From assembly GCA_047456295.1 (NCBI GenBank), contig CP179887.1, positions 495,159 through 559,158 of the forward strand: a DNA stretch of 64,000 nt. Direction: 5' to 3'. Positions 35,096-43,664 of the stretch are shown here, piece by piece. Each line of letters begins with the position of its first letter. Within the stretch, counting starts at the first letter, position 1. The translations under genes were made by a program, and so were the position numbers. The notes below the pieces were generated by a model. It was not told the origin of the DNA. It saw only the letters and a program-made list of their open reading frames with translations, and did not search any database. The DNA is from Candidatus Nealsonbacteria bacterium (lineage in GTDB: Bacteria > Patescibacteriota > Minisyncoccia > Minisyncoccales > JANBVM01).

Positions 35096-36124
35096 TTATT
35101 TTCTTTCTTCCAATATTACTTTAATATTTATTTCTTTTCCATCTCTTAGAATCTTTAATAAAGCTTCACCTCCGATTTTGTGTTTTTGTAAAACTTCAAT
35201 CAAAGGATTTTCTTCATTAATTCTTTTCCCATCACACTCCAAGATTATATCGTATTCCTTCAAACCTGCTTTGTCAGCAGGTGATCCTTGTACGATTGCC
35301 TTTTCCCCCAGGGCTTCTCTAACAATCAAGGCTCCATATTCAACAGGAAGTTTATTTATTTTGGCTATCTCTTTGTTTAAGATAAAATATCTTACCCCTA
35401 AGAAAGGCTTTTTGATTTTTCCGTATTTTGCTACTTCCTCTAAATTCCTTTTAGCATAATTAATGGGTATGGCAAAACCAATGTTCTGAGCTCCCATAAC
35501 CATTGCTGTATTAACCCCAATCACTTTTCCTTCCATGTTTACCAATGGTCCTCCACTGTTTCCAGGATTGATGGCAGCATCGGTCTGGATTAAACCCCTT
35601 AAACTTGTTGTTTTAAAAGATAATCCTCCGTAAGCTTTAATCTTTCTACTTAATCCAGAAATAATTCCTGAGGAAAGCGTGTCTTCAAATTCTCCCAAAG
35701 GATTTCCGATTGCCACCACTGTTTCTCCCAATTCAATCTTTGATGAATCAGCCAGTTCCAAATGGGGAAACTTATTTCCTTTTATCTTTAAGATGGCAAT
35801 GTCAATCAAGGGATCTTTGGCCAACACCTTAGCTGGATATTTTTTTGTTGGTTCTAAGATTACTGTATAGTCAGCTGTAGGGTCTCTAACCACGTGATTG
35901 CAGGTTATGACATAACCACCAGGAGAGACAATAAAACCTGAACCTCCTCCAATCTTTGTTTTTTGTTTTTTGTTTTTTTCAATTTGGGGAACAATAAACT
36001 GACGACCACCAAAAGGAAAAAAATAAAAACCTTCTACTTTTGGCAGGTCTTTGGAAATGACAATGGTTATTACTGCTGGACAGGTCTTTTTTGCTATTTC
36101 AACAATTGGCGACTTCTCTGGCAT
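35096..36124 (-). CDS. htrA: HtrA/DegP-family serine protease with PDZ domain
   Basis: The catalytic triad contexts are TCNHVV, DIAILK and GNSGGPLVN, with a C-terminal PDZ domain (GSPADKAGLKEYDII). Confidence 0.9.
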   Translation of the reverse strand: MPEKSPIVEIAKKTCPAVITIVISKDLPKVEGFYFFPFGGRQFIVPQIEKNKKQKTKIGGGSGFIVSPGGYVITCNHVVRDPTADYTVILEPTKKYPAKVLAKDPLIDIAILKIKGNKFPHLELADSSKIELGETVVAIGNPLGEFEDTLSSGIISGLSRKIKAYGGLSFKTTSLRGLIQTDAAINPGNSGGPLVNMEGKVIGVNTAMVMGAQNIGFAIPINYAKRNLEEVAKYGKIKKPFLGVRYFILNKEIAKINKLPVEYGALIVREALGEKAIVQGSPADKAGLKEYDIILECDGKRINEENPLIEVLQKHKIGGEALLKILRDGKEINIKVILEERK

Positions 36125-36196
36125 AATACATGTCTAATATATAAGATTGTATCATGGGATATTATTGTCAACAAGTGGAAAAGTTGCTAAAATGTT

Positions 36197-36907
36197 ATGA
36201 TGTTAAGGAAACCCGAATTATATCTTAAAGCGGTTACATTGAGATCTAAAGGATTATCCTATAACGAAATTTTAGAATTTGTTCCTGTAGGAAAAGGTAC
36301 GATTTCTAGATGGTGTAAGGGGATTAAATTAACCAAAGAGCAAAGGGGACGATTAATTCAAAAGAAAAGAAATACTCCTCTCATCAAACAGTTGTGTGAG
36401 CAAGCCGCTAAGAGTAAGAAAGAAGCAAAAGCTTGGACTGGAAAACAGATCGATAAACTATCAAGGGTAGATAGAGACAAGCTATTATTTGTTTCTGGAA
36501 TCCTGCTTTACTGGGCTGAAGGTGCTAAGCGTGAGAAAGATGTACTATTTACGAATACTGACCCAGAAATGATAAAATTAGTCATGGAATTCTTTAGAAA
36601 GACACTTAGGGTGCCTGAAGATAAATTTAGGATAAAAGTACGGATAGGCAGTGAAGGAAATTTAGAAAGAGCACAGAGGTACTGGTCAAAAGTCACCAGA
36701 GTGCCAAGAGAAAATTTTCAACGCCCAGAGATACTGATGCTAAATAAAAATAGCAAAAGTTTAGAAAGACATCCCCACGGTATGTGTAGAATTACCATAT
36801 GCGACATCTCCCTTTCTCGAAAGTTACTTTTTGCCATTAAAGAATTTTCAAAAAAGTTTTGCCCTCGTAGCTCAAATAGGATAGAGCAAGGCACTCCTAA
36901 CGCCTAG
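36197..36907 (+). CDS. HTH + LAGLIDADG-like (YWAEG motif) endonuclease-like protein; ORF has no stop before the tRNA-Arg gene and ends inside it
   Basis: The N-terminal SYNEILEFVPVGKGTISRWCKG is HTH-like. The core is LLYWAEGAKREKDVLFTNTDPEMIKLVMEFF. It is a paralog of the 63219-64000 ORF. The last 15 codons (CPRSSNRIEQGTPNA) are tRNA-Arg(CCT) sequence. Confidence 0.6.
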   Translation: MMLRKPELYLKAVTLRSKGLSYNEILEFVPVGKGTISRWCKGIKLTKEQRGRLIQKKRNTPLIKQLCEQAAKSKKEAKAWTGKQIDKLSRVDRDKLLFVSGILLYWAEGAKREKDVLFTNTDPEMIKLVMEFFRKTLRVPEDKFRIKVRIGSEGNLERAQRYWSKVTRVPRENFQRPEILMLNKNSKSLERHPHGMCRITICDISLSRKLLFAIKEFSKKFCPRSSNRIEQGTPNA

Positions 36908-36935
36908 GTTGGAGGTTCAAATCCTCCCGAGGGCA
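36861..36935 (+). tRNA. tRNA-Arg (anticodon CCT), no encoded CCA
   Basis: Acceptor gccctcg/cgagggc, anticodon stem aggca/cgcct (one A-C mismatch), loop ctCCTaa, T arm ggagg-ttcaaat-cctcc. Confidence 0.88.
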
Positions 36936-36951
36936 TTTATATAAAAATATA

Positions 36952-37028
36952 GGGCCCATAGCTCAGTTGGTTAGAGTGTCGGTATGGCATACCGAAGGTG
37001 GAGGGTTCGAGTCCCTCTGGGTCCACCA
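36952..37028 (+). tRNA. tRNA-Ala (anticodon GGC) with encoded CCA
   Basis: Acceptor gggccca/tgggtcc with G3:U70, anticodon stem tcggt/accga, loop atGGCat, 3' terminal ACCA encoded. Confidence 0.9.
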
Positions 37029-37048
37029 TACTGTATTCCCACCGTTTT

Positions 37049-37085
37049 CCGCCTCGCCCGCGCCTGCGGCACGGGACTCGGCGGG
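37049..37085. other. Isolated GC-rich nested hairpin immediately 3' of tRNA-Ala
   Basis: ccgcc-t-cgcccg-c-gcc-tgc-ggc-a-cggg-actc-ggcgg. Its composition stands out sharply from the AT-rich surroundings. Confidence 0.4.
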
Positions 37086-37127
37086 CAGAAAATAAAGGTA
37101 ATTCCAGGGTTTCTTGAAATCAATTGA

Positions 37128-37310
37128 AAGTTTTTGCTCGGCGAATTTGAACGATTTTTTAGAGCTTCAAACGTAAGCCGATTAGATCCTGGAGGAGAAA
37201 CCGGCCTCGGTCTTTATATTGCTAAGGCAATCGCAGAACAAAGTGATGGAAAAATCTGGTTTGAATCTGAAGAAGGGAACCACTTTCTATTTACTTTACC
37301 GATAATATGA
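37128..37310 (+). pseudogene. 3' remnant of a histidine kinase gene (HATPase_c G2-box region only)
   Basis: It translates to KFLLGEFERFFRASNVSRLDPGGETGLGLYIAKAIAEQSDGKIWFESEEGNHFLFTLPII*. There is an in-frame TGA immediately upstream and no HisKA or N-terminal part. It resembles the C-terminus of the 7296-8246 kinase. Confidence 0.65.
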
Positions 37311-37517
37311 GAGCAGACACCGAAAAAAAAGAAATGAAGTAAGATAAAGAGAATATACTTTCAATAAAAACCGGCGCCTAAGAGACGCTAGTTTTATTTA
37401 TTAGTTTGCAGAGGTGAAGATTAAAAACTTCCTAAATATTATTTTGTTTTTACTAAATACCTTATGAATAATTTCGCTCACTCATTCCTTAATATGGCTA
37501 TTAGCCAAATATATGTA

Positions 37518-37745
37518 TTACCCAAGAATAACTTTTTTTCTCGATTCAATCTTGCGTAAAAAAAGTTCAATATCTTCTGTTTTGTAAACTCGATAATTAT
37601 TTATGGGATTACGGTAGGCTTTTAGTTTTCCTGATTTATCCCAATTGCGAAGCGTAAGGGGAGTAACCCCTAATATCTTTGCCACTTCTTGGATTTTAAG
37701 ATATCTTTTTTGTCGTTGGTTTATGGGTATATGATAAATAGGCAT
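37518..37745 (-). CDS. Small MerR/excisionase-type HTH (HTH_17) DNA-binding protein
   Basis: 75 aa. YLKIQEVAKILGVTPLTLRNWDKSGKLKAYRNPINNYRVYKTEDIELF is typical of the Xis/AlpA-like HTH_17 family. Confidence 0.7.
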   Translation of the reverse strand: MPIYHIPINQRQKRYLKIQEVAKILGVTPLTLRNWDKSGKLKAYRNPINNYRVYKTEDIELFLRKIESRKKVILG

Positions 37746-38114
37746 ATATTTTATTAAACCTTATTAATGTTTATTTATATATATTTTATATAAAACCTTA
37801 ATAAGCAAGCTTTGCATTGACAACTATTTTTATTTTAATTTTCTAACATAATTTGTCAATAGAGAAAACATAGGGCTTAATGTTTAGAATAGAAGATTAA
37901 ACAATTCTAGAACCAACAGGGAAGTATCTGGGAAAAGAACAAGGAGTTGAGCAAAAAGCAGAAGTTTGGAGGTTGGTTTGTCTCCTTTCCTAAAATTTGG
38001 TAAACTAGCAATAGGATTTTCTAACCACCATGATTAGTTTAATTATTTTAGTTGTCAGAGCTATGGCAATAAGGAGATAGAATAATATTTATTTGTTCTT
38101 ATTTACTGATTTGT

Positions 38115-38189
38115 GCCGCGGTAGCTCAGTGGTGGAGCGTCTCTCTGAAAAAGAGAAGGTCGGTGGTTCAATTCCACTCCGCGGCACCA
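38115..38189 (+). tRNA. tRNA-Phe (anticodon GAA) with encoded CCA
   Basis: Acceptor gccgcgg/ccgcggc, anticodon stem tctct/agaga, loop ctGAAaa, 3' ACCA encoded. Confidence 0.92.
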
Positions 38190-38230
38190 ACGTTGCTTGG
38201 CAACGAGTTGTTCATTTCCCGATTAATCAT

Positions 38231-38302
38231 GCGGGTGTAGTATAATGGTTAGTACATGACCTTGCCAAGGTTAAGGTGAGGGTTCGATTCCCTTCACCCG
38301 CT
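38231..38302 (+). tRNA. tRNA-Gly (anticodon GCC), no encoded CCA
   Basis: Acceptor gcgggtg/cacccgc, anticodon stem tgacc/ggtta, loop ttGCCaa. Confidence 0.9.
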
Positions 38303-38448
38303 CAACCAAAATTAAAAAACCTTTTTTTTGAGACCAGTTTTAGCAAGACTGACTAGTTTTACTTTCTTAAAAGCTGGTTTGGTTCATCTATTGACAGGGA
38401 TTTATGGCTAGGGTAAGATGACACAACCCTTAAAAGGGGTTTTAATTT

Positions 38449-38952
38449 ATGACTTCTAATAAGCGCCTTAAATTCTGGGCGATGACTCTATTAATTTCCC
38501 TGGTTTTTTTCGGCCTTTTATTTAAAGCTTATTCTTCCTCTATAACAGAAAAGACCGAAGATGGTTCAGATTCAGATGAAATCTTTGATTTTGTTATTGT
38601 TCAGGGAAACACATTGAGTTCTGTTTCTAATCCAGCTAATCCACCTCTGAAAGTTATTAGAAAATTACCAGTAATAATTACTGCTTATTCAAGTACGCCT
38701 TCCCAGACCGATGATACCCCATATATCACTGCCTCTGGTACCTGGGTGAGAGAAGGAATTGTAGCAAATAACCTTTTATTATTTGGAACAAAAATTAGGA
38801 TTCCAGAGATATATGGTGACAAGGTATTTACTGTGGAAGATAGAATGAATCGGAAAAAAAGTAATTATCATGTTGATGTTTGGCTTCCTGACTATGGGCA
38901 AGCCCTGTCATTTGGAGTAATGAGGACTCATATTGAAATCTTGGGAAGATAA
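38449..38952 (+). CDS. 3D-domain (MltA/RlpA-like double-psi barrel) cell-wall protein
   Basis: It has a signal/anchor. ITAYSSTPSQTDDTPYITASGTWVREGIVANN...FTVEDRMNRKKSNYHVDVWL carries the three conserved Asp contexts of the 3D domain. Confidence 0.8.
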   Translation: MTSNKRLKFWAMTLLISLVFFGLLFKAYSSSITEKTEDGSDSDEIFDFVIVQGNTLSSVSNPANPPLKVIRKLPVIITAYSSTPSQTDDTPYITASGTWVREGIVANNLLLFGTKIRIPEIYGDKVFTVEDRMNRKKSNYHVDVWLPDYGQALSFGVMRTHIEILGR

Positions 38953-38967
38953 TATATATAAATTATT

Positions 38968-38995
38968 AAAAAACCACTCCTTGGAGTGGTTTTTT
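38968..38995 (+). terminator. Rho-independent terminator after the 3D-domain gene
   Basis: aaaaaaccactcc-tt-ggagtggtttttt. Confidence 0.65.
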
Positions 38996-39150
38996 CTTTG
39001 TATCCTGAGTTCACCTCCATTTCTTTATTCTTTTCATACCAATACAACCATCCGCCAGAACAAAACCTAAAACATAACTCATTTCATGGTTCCAAGAACT
39101 AAAGAAGTTTTTATTTACTGTTAACCCTTTATATTTATATAAGTTAATTG

Positions 39151-39233
39151 TGCCCGGAGTGGGAGTCGAACCCACAAGGTCTTACGACCACGACATTTTA
39201 AGTGTCGCATGTATACCATTCCATCACCCGGGC
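39151..39233 (-). tRNA. tRNA-Leu (anticodon TAA), type II, no encoded CCA
   Basis: Acceptor gcccggg/tccgggc, anticodon stem cgaca/tgtcg, loop ctTAAaa, long variable arm ggtcgtaagacc. Confidence 0.9.
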
Positions 39234-39239
39234 AATTTG

Positions 39240-39312
39240 AGGCCAGGGCGGGATTTGCACCCGCGTATAGCGCTTTTGCAGAGCGCCGCCTTAGCTGCTT
39301 GGCTACCTGGCC
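39240..39312 (-). tRNA. tRNA-Cys (anticodon GCA), U73 discriminator
   Basis: Acceptor ggccagg/cctggcc, anticodon stem gcgct/agcgc, loop ctGCAaa, T arm gcggg-tgcaaat-cccgc. Confidence 0.9.
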
Positions 39313-39341
39313 CTAATTATTAATCGTCATTCCACAATATC

Positions 39342-39686
39342 TTATTCTTCTTTCTTTTTCAACTGCTCTAAGATTCTTTCAATTCTTTCAGCTTCTTTTG
39401 TTATTTTATCTTGTACAAACTTTATCTTTGGAACAGGTTTCATGTGTAACCTCTTATTAATTTTTTGCTGTAACCGATAGATATTTCTATTTAAAAATTT
39501 AATAATCTTATTTGTATTTTCATCTGGTATCACGCTAAGAAAGATTTTGCTTTCTCTTAAGTCAGGAGTGGTTTCTGCCCTGGTTACTGTTACCAGGGTG
39601 TTTTTTAAAGAATCAATTTCCCGCAAGAGAATTTGAGATATTTCCTGTTTTATCAATTGATTAACTCGTTTGATGCGTTTTGACAT
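39342..39686 (-). CDS. rbfA: Ribosome-binding factor A
   Basis: 114 aa. RIKRVNQLIKQEISQILLRE...VTVTRAETTPDLRESKIFLSV is typical of RbfA. It lies downstream of infB. Confidence 0.88.
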   Translation of the reverse strand: MSKRIKRVNQLIKQEISQILLREIDSLKNTLVTVTRAETTPDLRESKIFLSVIPDENTNKIIKFLNRNIYRLQQKINKRLHMKPVPKIKFVQDKITKEAERIERILEQLKKKEE

Positions 39687-39693
39687 TAGAGCT

Positions 39694-41193
39694 TTATAGT
39701 TCTGCCTTTTTTCTTTCTTTTATGAAGATGATTAATGTATCTCCCTTTTCGATTTTCTTATTTCCTTCATATAATATTCCCACCTCCTCTCCTTTTGGAG
39801 CCCTTTCAATATCCTTTTTATTCTTCTGAAGATTAATCATCTTTCCCTTATCAATCACCTCTTCATTCCTTGAAACCTCAATTGAAGCTCCTTTTTTTAT
39901 TTCTCCTTCAGTAACCCTTCCTCCAATAATCTGGCGATTCTTTTTACTCCAGAAAGTCACCAGAACCTTGATTTTTCCAATATCAGTCCTGATGGTTTCA
40001 AGTTCTAGAATCTTTTCCATGAACTTTCTAACCCCTTCAACCAATTCATAAATTATCTCAACATTCATCACCTTAACCTTATTTCCCTCTCTCTGGAGCA
40101 GTCTTTTGGCAACCAGATCTATCTTTACCCTGAAACCTAAAATTAATGCTTGGGAACTTTGTGCTAATTTAATATCTTTTTCATTTACATTTCCAACCTC
40201 TGACTTTAAAACCCTGAGAACAATTTTTTCCTGAGGTAATTTTTTTAACACCTCATTAATCGCTTCAATTGAACCCACAACATCGGTTTTTAAGATTAAA
40301 TTTAAAACTTTTTGTTCTGGTTTCACTTCAAATCTCTCTGGGATTACTTTCTTTTTTTCCGGGGCCTGAAGATAGATTTTGGCTTGTTCTAAACTGGAAA
40401 AGACCTTAAATCTTTCTCCTACCCTGGGTACATTTTCCAATCCCAGGAACACTGCCGGGTCTGCTGGAAAAACCTCAGACACCTGCTTTCCTTCAAAATC
40501 TTCCAAAACCTTTATTTTTCCAAGTGTTGAGGGGGTGGCTATAATATCTCCTCGTTTTAACACTCCTTCATTTAAGATTAAGGTAGCTGTAGGTCCTCTT
40601 TTGCTGTCCAGATAAGATTCAACAATTACTCCTGTGGTTGGTTTTGAAATGTCAGATTTTAGATTTTCCATTTCTGCCACAAGGAGTATTAAATCTAAAA
40701 GGTCTTCAATTCCTTTTCCCGTGATGGCTGAGATTTCAATTGAGGGTATCTTTCCTCCCAAAGATTCAACCAAGATATCTTCTTTTTGCAGTTCTCTTTT
40801 TGCTTTTTCAGCATCAGTTTCAGGTCTGTCAGTTTTATTTAAGGCAACTATTGCCGGGATTTTAGCTTCTTTAATATGAGAAATAACCTCTTTTGTTTGT
40901 TTCTCCACTCCCTTGCAGCTGTCTATCACCAAGATAGCAATATCAGCTATTTTTGCTCCCCTGGACCTCATTTGAGAAAAAGCTTCATGGCCCGGGGTAT
41001 CAATAAAGGTTATTTTTTTCCCTTCTTTTTCAACCTGGTAGGCACCAATGTGCTGGGTAATACCACCTGATTCTTTCTTGGCAACCCTGGTTTTTCTGAT
41101 TTGGTCAAGTAAAGTGGTTTTTCCGCTATCAATATGACCCAGTATTACTACCACCGGAGGACGGGTAGTTAGTTTTTTATTTGTTTTTGGCAT
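39694..41193 (-). CDS. infB: Translation initiation factor IF-2 (short form, no N-terminal extension)
   Basis: 499 aa starting almost directly at the G domain (VVVILGHIDSGKTTLLD, DTPGHEAF, NKTD). Confidence 0.93.
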   Translation of the reverse strand: MPKTNKKLTTRPPVVVILGHIDSGKTTLLDQIRKTRVAKKESGGITQHIGAYQVEKEGKKITFIDTPGHEAFSQMRSRGAKIADIAILVIDSCKGVEKQTKEVISHIKEAKIPAIVALNKTDRPETDAEKAKRELQKEDILVESLGGKIPSIEISAITGKGIEDLLDLILLVAEMENLKSDISKPTTGVIVESYLDSKRGPTATLILNEGVLKRGDIIATPSTLGKIKVLEDFEGKQVSEVFPADPAVFLGLENVPRVGERFKVFSSLEQAKIYLQAPEKKKVIPERFEVKPEQKVLNLILKTDVVGSIEAINEVLKKLPQEKIVLRVLKSEVGNVNEKDIKLAQSSQALILGFRVKIDLVAKRLLQREGNKVKVMNVEIIYELVEGVRKFMEKILELETIRTDIGKIKVLVTFWSKKNRQIIGGRVTEGEIKKGASIEVSRNEEVIDKGKMINLQKNKKDIERAPKGEEVGILYEGNKKIEKGDTLIIFIKERKKAEL

Positions 41194-41215
41194 TTCTTTT
41201 ATTGTGAGCTGGTTT

Positions 41216-41581
41216 TTAGACTTTAATGCTTTTTGTTTGTTCTATTGCTCTTTTTTCCTCCCCAGATAATAAATATTTTGATTGACCATTCTTTATTTGT
41301 TTTGCAAAAAATCTGTTTCCTTCTCTGTTGTAGAGACTGGTGAGCACTACTCCGTCGTTATTGGCATCCAAGAGAGCAATGGAGAAGCTTTGATTTCCAC
41401 CGATTTCTTTAAAAGGATTGAATCTAACTACGCCTACTCTTTGAATTGAGAACTTACCGTTTCTTTTTAAACCCTTCACTTCTTTGGAGATTTTTTCAAA
41501 ATCCTTTTTTAAGACTCTAAACTGAGACAAAAGCTCATTAAGGTTTTTAGGTTCTTTTTGCTTTTTTAAAAACTTGAACAT
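41216..41581 (-). CDS. DUF4446 family protein
   Basis: VGVVRFNPFKEIGGNQSFSIALLDANNDGVVLTSLYNREGNRFFAK matches the conserved DUF4446 core. Confidence 0.6.
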   Translation of the reverse strand: MFKFLKKQKEPKNLNELLSQFRVLKKDFEKISKEVKGLKRNGKFSIQRVGVVRFNPFKEIGGNQSFSIALLDANNDGVVLTSLYNREGNRFFAKQIKNGQSKYLLSGEEKRAIEQTKSIKV

Positions 41582-41675
41582 AGTATTTATATATAATGTG
41601 GCTTGTCTTTACTAAATCTTTTAATAAAGCAAACCCCTTATATATTAAGTTATAGAATTAATCCCTATTTTCTTG

Positions 41676-41758
41676 CGGAGGGTGTAGGACTCGAACCTAC
41701 AAGGGATTACTCCCACTGGTTTTCGAAGCCAGGGCATTTCCATTTTTGCTAACCCTCC
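41676..41758 (-). tRNA. tRNA-Ser (anticodon CGA), type II
   Basis: Acceptor ggagggt/accctcc, G73, anticodon stem ctggc/accag (A-C at 31:39), loop ttCGAaa, long variable arm, T arm gtagg-ttcgagt-cctac. Confidence 0.8.
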
Positions 41759-41943
41759 TAAAAAGGATTTTAATTAGCATTTATCAAGATATCATTTTTT
41801 AAAGCTAAAATCAATTTATTCAACAAGATTAAGATTGGGTATTTAACTGGATCAGGTTAAAGCTGAACTGAATTTATCGAAGCATCAAATAATGATATAC
41901 TTCATAAGATACTATAACTAGTTTGATATACTTTATCAAAATC

Positions 41944-42936
41944 ATGAAAAAGATAGCTGTAATCGGAGTTGGAGGAAGAACCGGCACAATGTTTTTTTCT
42001 GAACTCAGAAAATCTGCTGACGTTCTGGGTGTGGCAAGAGAAAAAGAGGTGAGGCTGGTTGAAGAAAAAAACCTTTATATTGAGAGAAACAAGGAATCAC
42101 CAGAGTTATTAAAAGGAAGAATTATCAAAGATACTGAGTTTCAGGAAAAACTTAAACCAGATATCATATTTTTAACGACCAAGAATCCGGTTTCTACTCC
42201 TATTAAATATTATTTTCAAAGGTGTAAAGAAAAAATACCTGCTCTTGTTCTTTCTCAAAATGGAATTGATGCCCTTTTAGCAGCAAAAGAAAGCCTTGAG
42301 CAGGTTTTAGGGCAAGAATCAGAAAAAGTCAGGCTGGTTAGAATGGTTCTTTTTAATCCGATAGATAAAAGAGAATCAGAAGATAAAATATATATTAAAT
42401 ACTCCCTACCCATCAAAATAGCCCTGGCAAAGGCTTCAGACAAAGGAGAGATTAAAGATATTGTCGATATTTTAAAGAGAGCTGGTTTTGAGATTAAGGA
42501 GTTTCATTCAAGGGATGCAAGAAATTTGGAATTTTCTAAACTGTTTTTAAATTTAATAGGTATGGCAGCTGCTTCAAGAGGTCTTCCAGTAAGAAAAGGA
42601 TTTGAAAATAAAGAAATATTTAAAGAAGAAATAAGAGCTTTAAAAGAATATATTAAGACTGTTAAGTTATCAAGGGGAAGATTCCTTAACTTCCCTCATT
42701 ACCCAGTAGGATTTCTAGCTGATTTGTTTGGTTTCTTACCTGTATCTTTTTTATTACCTTTCAGAAACATATTGGCTGGCATTATTAGCAAAGGAAGGGA
42801 AGGAAAGCCAAAGGATTTAAACGAGATAGATTATTATAATGGGGCAGTGGTTAATCTTGGAAAGAAAATTGGGGTTAAAACCCCGATTAATGAAAAGGTA
42901 CGCAGGAGGGCTTTGGAAAGATTAAATAGAACATAA
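41944..42936 (+). CDS. Ketopantoate reductase (PanE/ApbA)-family NAD(P)-dependent oxidoreductase
   Basis: An N-terminal Rossmann motif KIAVIGVGGRTG, and the length and C-terminal helical domain fit the ApbA family. The ATG at 41944 is preferred over the TTG at 41923. Confidence 0.65.
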   Translation: MKKIAVIGVGGRTGTMFFSELRKSADVLGVAREKEVRLVEEKNLYIERNKESPELLKGRIIKDTEFQEKLKPDIIFLTTKNPVSTPIKYYFQRCKEKIPALVLSQNGIDALLAAKESLEQVLGQESEKVRLVRMVLFNPIDKRESEDKIYIKYSLPIKIALAKASDKGEIKDIVDILKRAGFEIKEFHSRDARNLEFSKLFLNLIGMAAASRGLPVRKGFENKEIFKEEIRALKEYIKTVKLSRGRFLNFPHYPVGFLADLFGFLPVSFLLPFRNILAGIISKGREGKPKDLNEIDYYNGAVVNLGKKIGVKTPINEKVRRRALERLNRT

Positions 42937-43039
42937 TTTTTATTAGGATGTTTTTAAAAAGCTACATTGTATTTAATGTAGTTTTTTTTGAGTGGACAAG
43001 ATAGAAATCTACAGGTAAAACTTGCCAAATTGCAAAATG

Positions 43040-43113
43040 TGGGCACTGAGGGACTTGAACCCCCGACCTCCGCGATGTAAGCGCGGCACGCTAAACCACT
43101 GCGCCAAGTGCCC
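43040..43113 (-). tRNA. tRNA-Val (anticodon TAC)
   Basis: Acceptor gggcact/agtgccc, anticodon stem ccgcg/cgcgg, loop ctTACat. Confidence 0.9.
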
Positions 43114-43125
43114 GATGAACTACTG

Positions 43126-43209
43126 TGCCGAGGGCGGGATTTGAACCCGCACGTCATTGCTGACACATCCACCTCAAGGATGCAAGTCTTCCTGTTCCTC
43201 CACCTCGGC
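43126..43209 (-). tRNA. tRNA-Leu (anticodon GAG), type II
   Basis: Acceptor gccgagg/cctcggc, anticodon stem catcc/ggatg, loop ttGAGgt, long variable arm. Confidence 0.9.
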
Positions 43210-43214
43210 TCTTT

Positions 43215-43664
43215 TTATTTTTTATTAATTTCTTGCCGGGGCCTGATTTCATCTTCTTGTTTTTCCTGTGAAGGTTCTTTAACTTCTTTTTCTGGTTTTT
43301 CTTCTGCCATCACCTGAACAAACTCCTTTCTTTTTAATCTTGCCCTCTTTCCCTTAGCTTTCCTTAAATAATAAAGCTTTGCTCTCCTTACCTTACTTCT
43401 TTTTAATATCTCTATTTTTTCAATTGTTGGAAGATGAAGGGGAAAAATTCTTTCTACTCCAACACCATCGATCACCCTCCTGATGGTTATTGTAGCTCCA
43501 ATCTCTTTTCTGTGTTTTCTGGCAATAACCAGTCCTTTGAAGGTTTGGGTTTTCTCTTTATCTTTTTCTTTAATCTTTTGGAACACCTTAACCGTATCGC
43601 CGGGGCGAATATTAGGAATGTCTTTTTTTAAAAATGGTTTTATAATATCTTTTATTTTTTTCAT
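43215..43664 (-). CDS. rplS: 50S ribosomal protein L19 with Lys/Glu-rich C-terminal extension
   Basis: IRPGDTVKVFQKIKEKDKEKTQTFKGLVIARKHRKEIGATITIRR...GVERIFPLHLP. Confidence 0.92.
   Translation of the reverse strand: MKKIKDIIKPFLKKDIPNIRPGDTVKVFQKIKEKDKEKTQTFKGLVIARKHRKEIGATITIRRVIDGVGVERIFPLHLPTIEKIEILKRSKVRRAKLYYLRKAKGKRARLKRKEFVQVMAEEKPEKEVKEPSQEKQEDEIRPRQEINKK

Noticed and set aside
42954-43317. ORFs of 72 aa (minus) and 69 aa (plus)
   Set aside because: They span tRNA-Val(TAC) and tRNA-Leu(GAG) and the antisense of the rplS 3' end. GC-rich tRNA sequence keeps the frames open by chance.
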